From the human T2T-CHM13v2.0 reference genome, Homo sapiens, in the NCBI RefSeq assembly GCF_009914755.1, contig NC_060930.1: a stretch of 64,000 nucleotides of DNA; one strand, written 5' to 3'. Under the pieces are notes generated by a model. It ran no database searches, was not told the origin of the DNA, and worked only from the letters and a program-made list of their open reading frames with translations. Numbering within the stretch: the stretch's first letter is position 1; each line of letters opens with the position of its first letter. Below are positions 37,930-54,749 of this stretch, piece after piece. The position numbers were made by a program, and so were the translations under genes.

Positions 37930-40444
37930 GTGTTTTGTAATTTTTGAATGAATGTCACACATTACATATAGAAGAATAATAGAAACTGTGGTATTTACAC
38001 TCAGACATGTAGTACATTTTTTTTTTTCTGGCAGGTAGTTAGGTTGAATCAATCTAGTAAGTAGTTGAGCTAGATTTGGAGTGTATTTTGCTATTGTTAC
38101 CATCAGTGTACCACAGACTTCAAATTCCTCCAGTGGTGGGCCACTGCTACCTTGGTTTTAATTCAGGGCCTGCAATGCTAGAGGGTTTTTTTCCCCCATT
38201 GTTCTTGTTCTACTCTTAGCTGACACCTTACCCTATATATCTTTGCAGGATCTTTCTCCATTGCTCTTCCCCCTCTCCAAAAGGCAGTGCTGTTACTTAT
38301 TACTTGGTGTAAGACTTGTAGTGGGGGCAGAAGGGGTTTTGCAGTTTTCCTGTTTCAGCCTCAGTCTTAGACAGGTTTTATGCACCTGAGCCCCAGGGGC
38401 TGAGCTTTCTCATTGCTTTTGTACTTCCCCAAGGGCAGATAACTCCTGCATCGTACTCAATGCAGCATCTAGAATGCAGGCAGGTTTCATGAGCCTCTTC
38501 CCTTTGTGGCAGCTGGACTTTGCCTTGTATCAGGTGGGGAGGGCAGGGCAAAGGGTCTAGGATGTGAGCAGTTTCCCTGTCTCTTTTCCAGTGTGAGAGT
38601 ATCAGTGTTTTGTATTCACACCGAATCTGGGTCTGAGTACATTTTCTGTTCTTTCCCAGTATTTAGCTAGCATTTGCCTAGTGTCAGTGCAGGATAAGGG
38701 AGCGTGTGTGTTTTACACTCTTTCCAGCAGCAGTTAGTATTTGCCTCCTGTCAGTACAGGGACCGGTGGTGGGAGGCTTTACTGCCCCTTTCCATCAATA
38801 GATGGCTTTTGCCTCCAGATAGGATCTGTGGTATGGGTGAAATTTTCCCTTTACCCTGGCAGTAGCTCATTAACACCTTGTACTCCTGTAGGCCTTAAAC
38901 TATGGATGGACTTTTCTTTGTACTCTTGCACTACCCTCTAATCTTGCTGCAGATATTACACAGCTGTGCTACCAGTGGGCCTTTCTCGTGTCTGCTTTGC
39001 CTATAGTATTTCTCATGAGCATCTCAAGAGGTGAAAGATTATGAAAAAAGAGTTGGCAAGTGGGGACAGAATCCCCTTGTGTCTGAGGTTCTCAGGGATT
39101 CCAAATTGGCTCTAGTGCGCACTTGGCCCTTAAAGTTTGTTAAAATTTCAGTTGTTTTGTGGTGACGTCTCATTTTTCTGTGCTCTGCTGAAGCTGAAGG
39201 GGTTCATGTGGTTCATCTCCTCAGAGGGGCGTGTCATCCTTTGGAATTTAGATCATCTGGTTGCCTTATGACCTCACCTCTCTGATGGGCTCAAAATTTT
39301 ATGATTTTTTAATGGATTGTCTGCCTTGTTGTTAAGGGTGAGAGCAGTGTTTTCTTGTGGCCTTCTACTGTTTTCCCACTTTTTAAATTTTTGTTTTTTA
39401 TTGACACGTAATTGTACATATTTATGGGCTACCATGTGTCATTTTAGTACATGTATACATTGTGTAATGATCAAATCAGGGTAATTAGCTATTGATCACC
39501 TCAAATATTTATCATTTCTTTGTGATGGGAACGTACAATCTACTTCTTAAGTTTATTTTATCTTAATGAATCTTTGCAGCTGACTTGTTTTGGAAAATAG
39601 GAAATAGCCAAGAGCGGAAGGACTCATTGGCTTTAATTTTTTTTGCCATCCAGGTGACTAACAGCAAAGGTAGTTAAGTGCTGCTAACTGTCACTGTTAA
39701 ACCTAAGGCATAGACAGTCAGGAAAATGAACCCATGAAGTTGAAAAGACATGGAGGAAGGCAGGGAAACTGATTTTTTTTTTTAAAGAGAATACTTGTGT
39801 AATATTGATGTAAGTTGTAAATCCGATTTAATTATTGTAAATGTGGCTATTGCTAATGACTTCTAGTCTCCCTAGGAGAAGTTTATAATTTTTTTTTCAA
39901 AACATTTAGTATGTAACTGATTGCTTAGATTACTGATTAATTTTTTATGCTTTTACTGGTCAATTTCCATTTAGTTAAATGTCAGGGCTGTTTTTCCAAG
40001 TAGTAATAACGTCACATAAGATGATCTTTGATAATTATGCCTAGTTAATCTTCTGAAGTGCTTAGAGACCTTTATCACATTCTGTTTATTAAGGAGGTAG
40101 TATTTAAAAATATTTCTCCTCCTGCATTGGCATCAATATTGGGCCGGTCTACTCTCACTAAGAAGAATCCTACAGTCATCTGCAAATAAGTGTCCTGGGA
40201 GCTGTTTAGGAATGGGTGGTGGTGGTAGGAGGTAGATCATAATGTTTTGACATGCAGTCTCTTTGCTTCTTGTTTTTAGTTCATTCTATTTCCTCACTTC
40301 AAGTATGTCTGTTTCCCTGAGTGTAATGTCTCTCTGGTTTATCTTCTCCAGAGAGCACACCTACACTTCTCATAGGGTTGGGTAAGAGGGTTGTTCCTTG
40401 GTTATGTGAGATATGCCACAGAGGATTTGGGGATTATACTGCCT

Positions 40445-40760
40445 TTTTTTCTTTTTCTTTCTTTTTTTTTTCTTTAGAGACAGGGTCTTGCTCTGTTACC
40501 CAGGCTGGAGTGCAGTGGTGCAGTACCAGCTCACTGCAGCCTCAGACTCCTGAGCTCAAGTGATCTTCCTGCCTCAGCCTCCTGAGTAGCTGGGACTACA
40601 GGTGCATGTTACCATACCTGGCTAATTTTTAAATTTTTTATAGAGATAGCGTCTTGCTTTGTTGCCCAGGCTGGTCTCAAACTTTTGTCCCCAAGCAGCC
40701 CACCACTCCTTGGTCTCCCAGAGTGCTGGGATTACCAGGCATGAGCCACAACACCCAGCC
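40445..40760 (-). mobile_element. AluJ
   Basis: Antisense dimer with J diagnostics. Confidence 0.9.
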
Positions 40761-41309
40761 TCATACTGCTTCTTGTATTGAATTCGATAACTTCTTACAC
40801 TATGACTTTCGGAGCTGCCTGGAATCTAATTCCTGTACCTTTTGGGGGTTCTGTTGAACAAATTGTTTTTTATGGAAGTTCCTCTCCACCTTATACATAA
40901 GCTTTAGTTTCACCTTTCTTCATTCTTCTAAGTATGTTATTACTCATCTGTTTGGTTTTCAGGCTTCCAGAACTTAGTTGCTGTCATCTCTTCTGATTTC
41001 TGTAGCTCTGTGATTTTATGTCTTATTTATCCTTTACAGCCATTTTAGAAAGTTTTCAGCATGTGGGAGACAAATGAATGCTTTTAATTCGGAAGTCCTA
41101 AGTTCTCTGTTGTCCTAGCAGCTTTTAAGCCTTTTTAGTTAACATTCTTGAATATACCGATACCACATTTACTTTAAATTATTATAAAATCAATTTGTCT
41201 TTCATTAATTTATTTTCCATTTGTCTTCATTGAAGTTGGAAAGTTTTATTGCCGAGTGCTCTAAAATAATATGCAGAGTTTCAGTGATTATAGCTGATTA
41301 TCTCCTGTT

Positions 41310-43900
<2,591 letters not shown>

Positions 43901-44239
43901 TAATGTGCAATTTCATTACTGAACACAAGATGGCAAAGTAGTCACAGTAATTGTAACAATCGACCTGTGCATTTCAATACAGTGAAATATGCCATAATTT
44001 TATCGTGTGAACACATCTTTTCTCCTCGTTTATTTTATAGACAGGAAATGAACAGTGGTGAATAATTGCAAGAATGCTACAGTATACTGGCATAATATTT
44101 GGTATATACGTTATAGGCATTAAATGAATTTTTGTTGAATGAATATAATGTGGGGCTTTTAGAATTAAATATTTGTTTGAATTTCAAAACCCAAAATTAT
44201 TTTTTAATCTTATTACGGAAATAACGCTTTTACTTAAAG

Positions 44240-44693
44240 CAGTGGTTCTCAAACTTTTTGGTCTTAAAATATCTTTACTCTTTTATTGTTGAAGACTCCA
44301 AGGACTATTGTTTAGGACATATCTATTGATATTTATCTTTCAAAAATTAAGAAATGTAAAGAATATTTTTAAAATAATTTTACAAATAATGAGCCCACTA
44401 TATGTTATAAATAGTACCTATGTTTATGAAAAATAGAAAAGTAGCATTGTTTTACATTTTGGCAAATATCTTTAATGTGTGGCTTAATAGATGACGACTG
44501 TATTCTCATGGCATCTTCGATATTCTATCTTATTTGTCATGTAGTATCTTGAAAATGTTACACTTGTGAAAGAATGAGAATAGAAAAAGACAAATAACAT
44601 CTTGGTATTACTATGAAGAATTTTTGACCTTGAGCCACCAAAAAGGTCTTAAGCTCCCTCAGGAGTCCCTAGACCATATTTTGAGACTCTCTG
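44240..44693. mobile_element. Charlie1-like hAT deletion derivative
   Basis: cagtggttctcaaactttttggtc ... gaccatattttgagactctctg inverted ends. Confidence 0.7.
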
Positions 44694-45059
44694 ACTTTCA
44701 GAAGTAAACAAAGAAGAAATGAAAAATTATTAATTAGTGGATGTGTGGCCTGAACCATGGTGATACAGTTCACTCCTTATTGGTGAGCCGTTATGGTTCA
44801 CATGTATGGTTACCTAACCTGAAAATTTGTGGGAACTTCATCTGGAAGATAGATTAGTAGGTATAAAATGTCGCTTTAATCTTGCATTGTACTACCTTTA
44901 ACCAAACCCTATCATATAGAGCTGGGTGTGAGATTAAGTTGGAGCATGCTGTAATCCAGTTCTGAATTCGGTCTTCTGAGCTATTTGTGATGTGATTCAG
45001 ATTTTATAGATGGCTTTTCTTCTCTGTGGAGAGTTGGAATAGTGACTAAAAAAGAGCTC

Positions 45060-45920
45060 TCTGAAATTGGAACCTCTAACTATTGCTGGTAAGAATGGAA
45101 AACAGTCTGGCAGTGCCTCAAAAGGTTAAATATAGAATACTCTGTGACCCACCAAATTTACTTTTAGTTGTATATACTCAAGAGAAACGAAAATATAAGT
45201 CCACACAAAAACGTGTACATGAATGTTAATAGCAACATTCTTCATGATAGCCAAAAACTGTGCCTTAGTTCATTTTCTGCTGCTTATAACGGAATACCTG
45301 AAACTGGGAAATTCATAAAGACAAGGAATTTATTTCTTACAGTTATAGAGGCTGAGAAGTCCAAGGTCAACAGGCCACATCTTGTGAGAGCCTTCTTGCT
45401 AGTGGGGACTCCCTGCAAGAGTCCCAATGCAGTATAGGGCATCCCATGGTAAGGGGGCTGAGCATGCAAGCTCAGTTCTCTCTTCCTCTTTTCATAAAGC
45501 CACCAGTCCTACTCCCATGAACCCACTAATCCATTAATTCATGAATCTGCCCTGATGACCCAATCGCTTAAAGGCCCTACCATTCAGTACTGCCACATTG
45601 GGGATTATATTTCCACATGAACTTTAGAGGGGACAAATATTTAAACAATAGCAAAGTGGAACCAGCTCAAATGCTCATCCACTGATAAATAAATAAAATG
45701 TGGTATATCCATAGAAGAAATATTATCCATCCCTAAAAAGAAAAAATACTGATACATGCAACATTATGGATGCATCTTGAAGGCACTATACTACCTGAAA
45801 GAAGTTAGTCACAAAGACCACATATTGTATGATCCCATTTGTATGAAATGTCCAGAATATGCAAATCTATAGAGACAGAAGGTAGACTAGTGGTTACCTA
45901 GGGGTAGGGTGGATGGGAGT
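45060..45920 (+). mobile_element. L1MB/L1ME 3' end interrupted by an MST-type LTR (45261-45653)
   Basis: ORF2 C-terminal and 3'UTR motifs (ccacacaaaaacgtgtacatgaatgtt, aaatgtggtatatccata); LTR with near-TSD AACTG/AAGTG. Confidence 0.75.
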
Positions 45921-47062
45921 AATGCCATGTAAGGATGTTTCTGTGTACTGTTAAATTGTAATATCTGTTATGTGGTTAGTGTTCCCTTTATGAGGACTCA
46001 TAATTCTTCACAATATCAAGAGTTACTCCCTTTTAAAGAACTAATGAGCTAGCAAGTCTTCTTTGTTTTATTTTTAATAAATTTTAAAATTAGATAATGA
46101 GACCACTGTTACTAGTGCCTCTGTTGGCTTTGGCTGCTAGGAAGTTCAGGACTATATTAAATGCTCACAGTAACGCTGTTAGTGAGGTTAGACAATTGGT
46201 ATACTTTCTTTTCTAATACACATTTTGTTGTGGGTTTTTAAGTTTTTACACACAGACTTTCACAAACTTGAATTTAAATATTTTATTGTAGGATGCCCAC
46301 AGTCTTTATCAGAGGCAATTGGGGTTAAATTGAAAACAAATAAATATAAAATGCACAAATGAAAAACTATAGGCAGTGTCTTTCAAGAGAGAAAGAATTC
46401 TTTCTGTATAAAAAGGCAATATTCGTTTTTAGGTAAAAAAATGATATCCTTGAACTGAGCTTTTTAAAAAAGTGGTGAGCTACTAGGCACTGGATCTGTT
46501 CAAGCAGATGCTGGATGATGCTTTGTCTGTAAGATATTATAGAGATAAAGCCTGTGCTGGATGAGGCTAAAAATTGCCTTAAAGTTCTCCTAGTCTTTAA
46601 GACTATCATTCTGTGATTTTGAAGTTTACATTTCTGACAACACAAAGTACTAAATGGTAATTTTAAAATGGGTAATTTTTATTCAGAGAACTTGTTTGAG
46701 AGCTCAGAATTCCAGATATAACACAAAAGAGGTAATTTAGTATGAAAAGATATTAAGAACAGGTACTACCAGTACATTGCCTAGAGAAACTCAGTGTAGT
46801 TATTGTTCTGAATATGTGTTTTAAATTGTGCTGCCTCTCTGCTATGATGAATTAGCTATACAGTGTACCCCTAATATTGCTAGGGCATTTAAAAATGATT
46901 TATTTAAACATTGGAGTATACCTTCCTAATACAACCGTTGTATTTTAGTTTTAATAAGTGGCTCTTCTGAACAGTTCTCAGTCAGTCCTTTTTTGGGTCT
47001 GTTCCTGGTTAGAGTTTAAAAAACAAAACACACACAAAAATAAAGTATCAGCATAAAGGAGG

Positions 47063-47126
47063 GGATGGGTGGGTGGGTGAATGGATAGATGGATGGATGG
47101 ATGGGTAGATGGATGGATAGATAGAT
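47063..47126. repeat. (GGAT/GGGT/AGAT)n microsatellite
   Basis: Visible directly. Confidence 0.9.
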
Positions 47127-48925
47127 ATTCTCCCTAAATCCCCCCTTTGCCACTGAAGAGCACCCATGTCAATGATCTAAAAATACCAGTTGGATTGTGA
47201 CCAGGAGTCCTTATTTACAGTCCAGTTTTACACCATGGAGGATTGGTGTTTCATGAATCTGTTTAAGCCCATTTTTGCTGTTAATTATTATTAGGATTTA
47301 GGTTTTGCAGAACTCACTAATAGCCTAGTATCAATTTGAGATTATATCTGCTGGCCCATAATTATTATTTATTTATATTTAGTGAGTAATTGGATGCTCA
47401 GATCTGCCAGACCAGAGCAATTAGAGATGTGGGAATAACTTAATAAAATTGCATCACTGGAAAATTTAGATGGTTTCAAAATTAGTTTCTAAAAACCAGG
47501 TGGAACTCATAGAAGGCTAGAACCTTACACATGAGAGATTTTATTTCTAGAAGCCATATATAGTACAAATAGAGTACAGGCATACCTTGTTTTATTGTGC
47601 TTCACTTTATTGTACCTTGCAGGTAATGGATTTTTTACAAATTGAAGATTCGTGGCAACTCTGTGTCTAACAACTTTTTGGCACCATTTTCCCAAGAGCA
47701 TGTGCTCACTTCATGTCTCTGTGTCACATTTTGATAGTTCTTGCAAACTTTTTCATTATTATTGTATCTCTTATGATGATCTGTGATCTTGATGTTACTA
47801 TTGTAATAGTTTTGGAGTGCCACAAATCGAGCCCATATGAGATGGTAAACTGAATGGACAAATGTATATGTTCTCACTACTCCCCTGACTGACAATTCCT
47901 GTCTCACCTTCTTCTTGGGCCACTCCATTCCCTGAGACCCAACAATATTGAGATTAGGACAATTAATATCCCTACATTGGCCTCTGAGTGTTCCAAGTGA
48001 AGGAAATGTTGTATATCTCTCACTTCAAATAAAAAACTAGAAACGATTAAGCTTAGTGAGGAAGGCATGTTGAAAGCTGAAAAATGCTGAAAGCTATGCC
48101 ACTAGTGCCACACAGTTAGCTAAGCTGTGAATGCAAAGGAAAAGTTATTGAAGGAAATTAAAAGTGCTATCCCAGTAAGCATACGAATGATATAAGAAAG
48201 CAAAACAACCTTATTGGTGATATGGAGAAAGCTTTAGTGGTGTGGATAGATTAAACCAGCCACAACATTCTCTTAAGCCAAAACTGATTTAGAGCAGAAT
48301 GCTAACTGTCTGCAATTCTAGGAAGGCTGAGAGAGGTGAGGAAGCTGTGGAAGAAAAGTTAGAAACTAGCAAAGGTTGGTTCATGAGGTTTAAGGAAATA
48401 AGCCACCTTCATAACTTAAAAGTGCAATGTGAAGCATCAAATGCTGATGTAGAAGCTGCAGCAAGTTATCTAGAAGATCTAGCTAAGATCAGTGATGTAG
48501 TTGAATACACGAAACAACACATTTTCCATGTAGATTAAATAGTCTTCTATTGGCTAAAGATGCCACGTAGGAATTTCACAGCTAGAGAGGGGATGCCTGG
48601 CTTCAAAGCTTCAAAGGACAGTCTGACAGTCTGACTCTCTTGTTAAGGCCTAATGCAGCTGGTGACTTGAAGTCAGTGTCCATTTACCATTCCAAGAATC
48701 CTAGGGCCCTAGAGAATTATGCTAAGTCTGCCCTGCCTGTGCTCTATAAATGGGACAACAAAGCTTGGATGACAGTACCTCAGTGTTTATAGCATGGTTT
48801 ACTGAATATTTTAAGCTCAATGTTGAGACCTACTGCTCTTTAAAAAAGTTTCTTTTCAAATTACTACTCATTGACAATGCAACTGGTCACCCAAGAGGTC
48901 TGATAGCACTGTACGTCATGCCTTC

Positions 48926-49332
48926 TCTATTAAGCTGTTCTTGCATTGCTGTAAATAAATACCTGAGACTGAGACTAGGTAATATATAAAGAAAAGAGGT
49001 TTAATTGGCTCATGGTTCTGCAAGCTATACAGGAAACAGTGCTGGCATCAGCTTCTTGGGGAAGTCTTAGAGAGCTTTAACTCATGACAGAAGGCAAAGC
49101 AGGAGCAGGCACATCACATAGCAAAAGCAGAAGCAAGAAAAAGAAAGAGGAGGGGTGGAGGTGCCACACACTTTTAAATGACCAGATTCTTCAGAACTCT
49201 CATGAAGACAGCACCAAGCCATGAGAGATCTGCCCCCATGATCCAGACAACTTCCACCAGGCCCCACCTCCAGCATTGAGGATTACAATTCAACATGAGA
49301 TTTGGGCTGGGACAGATATACAAACTATATCA
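48926..49332 (-). mobile_element. MSTA/MSTB solo LTR nested in Tigger1
   Basis: 5-bp TSD CCTTC at 48921 and 49333; ends attcaacatgagatttggg...caaactatatca. Confidence 0.88.
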
Positions 49333-50187
49333 CCTTCTAACACGGCATCCATCCTGCAGCCCATCAATCCAGGAGCCATCTTGATTTTCAAGTTTTATTA
49401 TTTAAGAAATACATTTTATAAGGCTATGACTGCTGTAGATAGTGATTCCTCTGATGGATCTGGGAAAAGTAGATTGAAAATCTTCTGCAAAAGATTCACC
49501 ATTCTGGATGCCATTAAGAACATTTGTGATTATGAGGAGAGAACAAAGTATCAACATTAACAGGAGTTTGGAAGAAGGTGATTCCAGCCCTCATGGGTAA
49601 CTTTGAAGGGTTCAAGACTTGAGTGGAGGAAGTCACTGTAGATGTGACAACAGCTAGAAAACTAGAATTAGAAGTGGAACCCAAAGATGTGACTGAAATT
49701 GCTGCGTGATAAAACTTGAATGGATGAAGAGTAGCTTCTTAGGGATGAGCAAAGAGAGTGGTTCTTGAGATGGAATCTACTCTTGGTGGAAGATACTGTG
49801 AACATTGTTGAAATGACAACAAAGGATTTATAATATTACATACACTTAGTTCGTAAAACAACAGCAGGGTTTGAGAGGATTGACATCAATTTTGGAAGCA
49901 GTTCTACTGTGAGTAAAATGCTGTTAGACAACATGGCATGCTACAGATAAATCTCTCATGAAAGGTCGAGTCAGTTGAAGGGCAAACTTTACTGTCAACT
50001 TATTTTAAGAAATTGTCACCGCCACCTCAGCCTTAAGCACCCAACATGCTGATCAGTCAGCAACCATCAACATCAAGGCAAGACACTTCACCAGCAAAAC
50101 GTTTAACTCAGTTAAGGCTCAGATGATATTAGCATTTTTATGAAAGTATATTTAATAAAGGTATGTACATTATTGTCTTAGACATAA

Positions 50188-50530
<343 letters not shown>

Positions 50531-52109
50531 TAAACATAACTTTCATATGCACTGGGAAACCAAAACATTAGTGTGACTTGCTTTATTTGCTTTACTGCAG
50601 TGGTCTGGAACCAAACCTGCAATATCTCTGAGGTACACCTGTATAATAAAGCACGAAGAAAAAGCATAAAGTTTGTTTTTTTATGTTTGTATTTCTCTGC
50701 CACATCCAGGGGTCCAAGTTTTTAGTTGTTCAGAAATACTTTTGAGAAGGAAAAAAAGGGAGATAAGGAAGGAGAGAAAGAGCAAAGAAGAGCCTCTGAA
50801 TCAGAAGAAATGCACCTGTTCTGTTTTGGGGCTAGGTTTAAGTTTCATAATTAGCAAATTACTAACACAGCCAAGTGCTTTTTGATCTAAAGCATCTTGG
50901 ACTGAGACACTATTTAACAGTGTTAATTCCTTGTGGTAAGGGATAGACATTCCTAGTTTTTTTCGTCTGGAAAGCATGGGATACTACTCACGTCCACGGA
51001 GTGATCCTAGCCCCTATCAGAAAGAAAGATAAGATTGTGACAGTATAAGGGTCAATGTAAAGGGCTAGCAGGTTAGCAGAGAACATGTATGGAATGTTTT
51101 AGGCTTTATGTGCTCATCATGGATAGCTATTTAAGCTACCAGAAGAGCTGGTTGCTGAAACTCGTGGAATTCCATCACAAATGATCATGGGTTGTAGATT
51201 TCTTGTTCTTGAGAAACTGTAGAACTCCAGTCAGGACTTGATTGTAGAGAAAGTTTGGAACTCTTGTTTGGGAGGCATCCTCTGTCTTAAAAAAGCCTAT
51301 TGGGAGTAATTCTGATCCTAATCATTACCACTCACGTTTTTGGTCTCTGGATTTTGGAGCATTAAACAATGGGAAAAAATTCTTCTAAATCTTGTGGGAC
51401 TCTAGGCATATGGGGAAGGAAAAAAGAGGGAACTTAACTAGTTTTGTTCAGACTTATTTGGAATGCTGCTGAAAGAAATTCTGTGAATTTACTTCCTTTT
51501 GTGCTTACCTTTAAGAGACTTTATAAAGCTGGACTGGTTGGTTATTTTCTAATATATAGCTGGTCAAAAAACTGCAGTACTTTTCTTGGGTCTGAAATCC
51601 AACCTCTTCTTTTCTTCCAAGATTATTATATAGGATGAACATTTTAAGTTATCTGAGGTTATTTAAATTCATGGAAGTCATCATATAAAGAGGAAATAGT
51701 CCTGGATATTTAAAAAAAACCAGTCGTTGTTATTGCACTTTCGTGATGTCTTTAGGGCTAGATTTGTCTGGTATCTATCTAGTTTTCAAGAATGAAAAAG
51801 CAACTTACTTCCTTGGGAGAGCTGTGCATTGAGATATTTTGTGTTTGTTGTTCCCTATTCCTTTCTTAAAAGATAAAAATAAATAACAGTTGAATAGATG
51901 AAAGAAATATTTGGAGAAGACAAAATGATTAAATTCTGAATAATAATCTTTGAGAATAGTTGGGCTTCCTTTTCACAGAGCGTGCCTAAGTGGTCACCAT
52001 TGCTTAACCTTTGCTGAGATGATCAGAGACGTGGATTAGAGCTTGATTCTTTTTTCATCAGATTCTTCTACCAGGGCAATATGGAAATGTTATGTCTGTA
52101 GTAGTCACT

Positions 52110-52159
52110 TTCTCTCTCTCTCTTCCTCTCTCTCTCTCTCTCTCTGTGTGCGTGTGTGT
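52110..52159. repeat. (CT)n(GT)n compound microsatellite
   Basis: Visible directly. Confidence 0.85.
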
Positions 52160-52197
52160 ACTTTCAAAAATTATATACACAGTATTTCATTTCTTTG

Positions 52198-52680
52198 TGT
52201 TGGGAGACAATTTTCTTTTGCATTTTTGCATGTCTTGAGAGTAGAGGCACTGTCTTTTTGTACAGTCTTTTAAAGGATATTTGCATTGTGAACAACCTTG
52301 AATGTTAGTGTCTCCCTCTAGAAGAAAGGACAGCTTTGCTTACTCTTCTGTATAATAAATATCTCCCTCAGGAGCAAGGGCAGGCATGCTTATAAAAGAT
52401 TCCAGTTTCCTGAGCTCAGAGTTCCTCTTCTGTAATGCAGCGCATTAAGTGTACAGGTGTTACCTGGCCCTCTTCACATAGCACTCTAGTGAATTAGAGT
52501 TCAGTGAACTGACACAAATGTTTATATTCTGACTACTGCTATTGATGTGAGTGCTAAACTCTTCTTTGTCTCTGACCTAGGAGTCTCTTGTTATCTGCCA
52601 GGACCCATGAAAGTGGCAGGTTAAGTTGTTTGCTTGCAAGTGTGATGAAATCTCAGATCCTTTACAGTTAGTTCTTGATA
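52198..52680 (+). mobile_element. LTR47-like (ERVL) solo LTR
   Basis: tgttgggagacaatt start, gttcttgata end, perfect 5-bp TSD CTTTG (52193-52197, 52681-52685). Confidence 0.78.
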
Positions 52681-52805
52681 CTTTGAAATAACAGTGATTA
52701 ATTAAATGGAATGTATTTGGAAAGATTTATTGAAACTTATATTTATAAGTTTTACAATTTTTGAGAAGTTCATTTAGGATATTATTTCTGTTTGCTTTGG
52801 TACAG

Positions 52806-52906
52806 GTTTCGTTTATAATGTCAGCCCTTATATGGAGTATCATCCTGGTGGAGAAGATGAACTAATGAGAGCAGCAGGATCAGATGGTACTGAACTTTTT
52901 GATCAG
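52806..52906 (+). CDS. CYB5R4: CYB5R4 coding exon 3 (cytochrome b5 HPGG heme-binding motif)
   Basis: Acceptor tacag|G; encodes (G)[33 protein letters not shown]; His89 codon at 52841; donor CAG|GTAAGA; frame continuous with exon 2 across a 29,194-bp intron; gene continues beyond the window. Confidence 0.97.
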
Positions 52907-53803
52907 GTAAGATGTGCTGAAAGTAACCAAAGTATTCCGGTGGAAGAGTACTCAGATTTATCAGTGTGACATTTGTAGAAAGAAAGGAAATAGTTGCATA
53001 AATTCCAGATGCATTGGCTTGAATTTTGAAGTGTGGGAAGATGCTCACAAGTAGCAGCTGTTCATTTAATTTGCCCTTTGAGTTATTAAAATTTTAGAGA
53101 TGTTTCAAATCTGCGACTAGGGGTCTTCTTTTAAGTGTTCGCTGCCTCCTTTGTTGGTAAGTGTTTATTCAGTCTTGATTAGTTTTGATAATGATCGGCT
53201 TATGGGAGGTAGTGACAATTGGAAGAAGGAACATTGGGATCCGCTGCTAACTTGCTGAATCACTTTAAACAAGTAACTTAGCTTCTTTTCTGTTAGTCCT
53301 TTGTCACCTAGGGATTGCTATATATTCAGCCTACTGCTATATACTGAATTTGCATGTCATGTAGAAAGTTAGCCGATGGTGATTAATGAATAGAAACTTA
53401 TTTTTCCTAGCATGATGGCAGAGATTCTGTATAGGTTATCTCAAAAGATATTTAAATTAGTCACTTTTCCCCTTATATTTACTAAAAACTAGCATTAGCT
53501 CTTAAACTATTTTAAAGTTATGCAGAATGTTGATTACTCTCAGTAATTCTGAGTATTCTGAGACAACAGTCTTTAGAAAGATAGAAATTTGCCTTTGTCT
53601 CATATATGCTTTATTTTGTATTTTAATGATGATTAACCATGTTGTAATATTGGATTTTTATCATTCGAGATACCTGAATCAGGTTGGGTTATATTATAGC
53701 TGTTTTTTTGATCAAATATAATTTGATTTCTGTTCTTCCTATTTTCTCATCCATTTTAGGACTTGTTTTTTGACCATGTTGCCAGAAATAGAATTTGTTT
53801 TAT

Positions 53804-54256
53804 ATAGTTGACCTTTGAACAATACAGGGATTAGGGGTGCCAACACCCTCACTCTCCCATGCAGTAGAAAATTCATGTATAACTTTTAACTTCCCAAAAA
53901 CTTAACTACTAACAGCCTACTGTTGACCAGAAGCCTTACTTATAACATAAACAGTCAATTAACATATATATGTATGTTATATGCATTATATACTATATTC
54001 TTACAATAAAGTAAGCTAAAGAAAAGAAAATGCTATTAAGAAAATCATAAGGAAGAGAAAATATATTTATATTCCTTAAGTGGAAGTGGATCATCATGAA
54101 GGTCTTCATCCTCATCTTCATCTTGAGTAGGCTGAGGAGGAGGAGGAGAAATAGGGAGGGTTGGTCTTTCTGTCTTGAAGTGTCAAAGGTAGAAGTAAAC
54201 CCATATGTAAATGGACTCGGTTGCAGTTCAAACCTGTGTTGTTCAAGGGCCCATTG
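53804..54256. mobile_element. Tigger2a/MER28
   Basis: agttgacctttgaacaa ... ttgttcaagggcccattg inverted ends; aaaacttaactactaa.agcctactgttgacc core. Confidence 0.82.
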
Positions 54257-54426
54257 TGTTTGAGAGCACTTAGGTGCATTTGCTTAAATGGCAGGATCTC
54301 ATTTGCTGTTAATGTTCTTCCTGGGTTGGAGAAGAGTCATGTTTACTCTTGGTCATAACAGCATTCTCCTTGGAAGGTTTTTATTGCTGTTTTAAGGCAA
54401 GTTCCCATTGTTATTTGGTATTTGCT

Positions 54427-54749
54427 TTCTCTCTGTCTGCCTGCCTGCTGTCTGTCTGTGTATCTATGAGACAGAGTCTCGCTCTGTCCCCCAGGCTGGA
54501 GTGCAGTGGTGTGATCTTGGATCACTGCAACCTGCGCCTCCCAGGTTCAAGCAGTTCTTGTGCCTTAGCCTCCCGAGTAGCTGAGATTACAGGAGTGTGC
54601 CATCTCGCCTGGCTAATTTTTGTATTTTTAGTAGAGATGGGGTTTCGCCACGTTGACCAGGCTGGTCTTGAACTCTTGGCCTTAAGTACTCTGCCTGCCT
54701 CAGCCGCCCTAAATGCTGGGATTATAGGTGTGAGCCATTGCGCCTGGCC
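54427..54749 (-). mobile_element. Alu (S/J) with (TCTG/CCTG)n tail
   Basis: Antisense dimer; TSD TGGTATTTGyT at 54416 and 54750. Confidence 0.92.

Noticed and set aside
48299-49560. Transposase-like ORFs as a domesticated TIGD-type gene
   Set aside because: Multiple stops and frameshifts plus an LTR inserted in the DDE region
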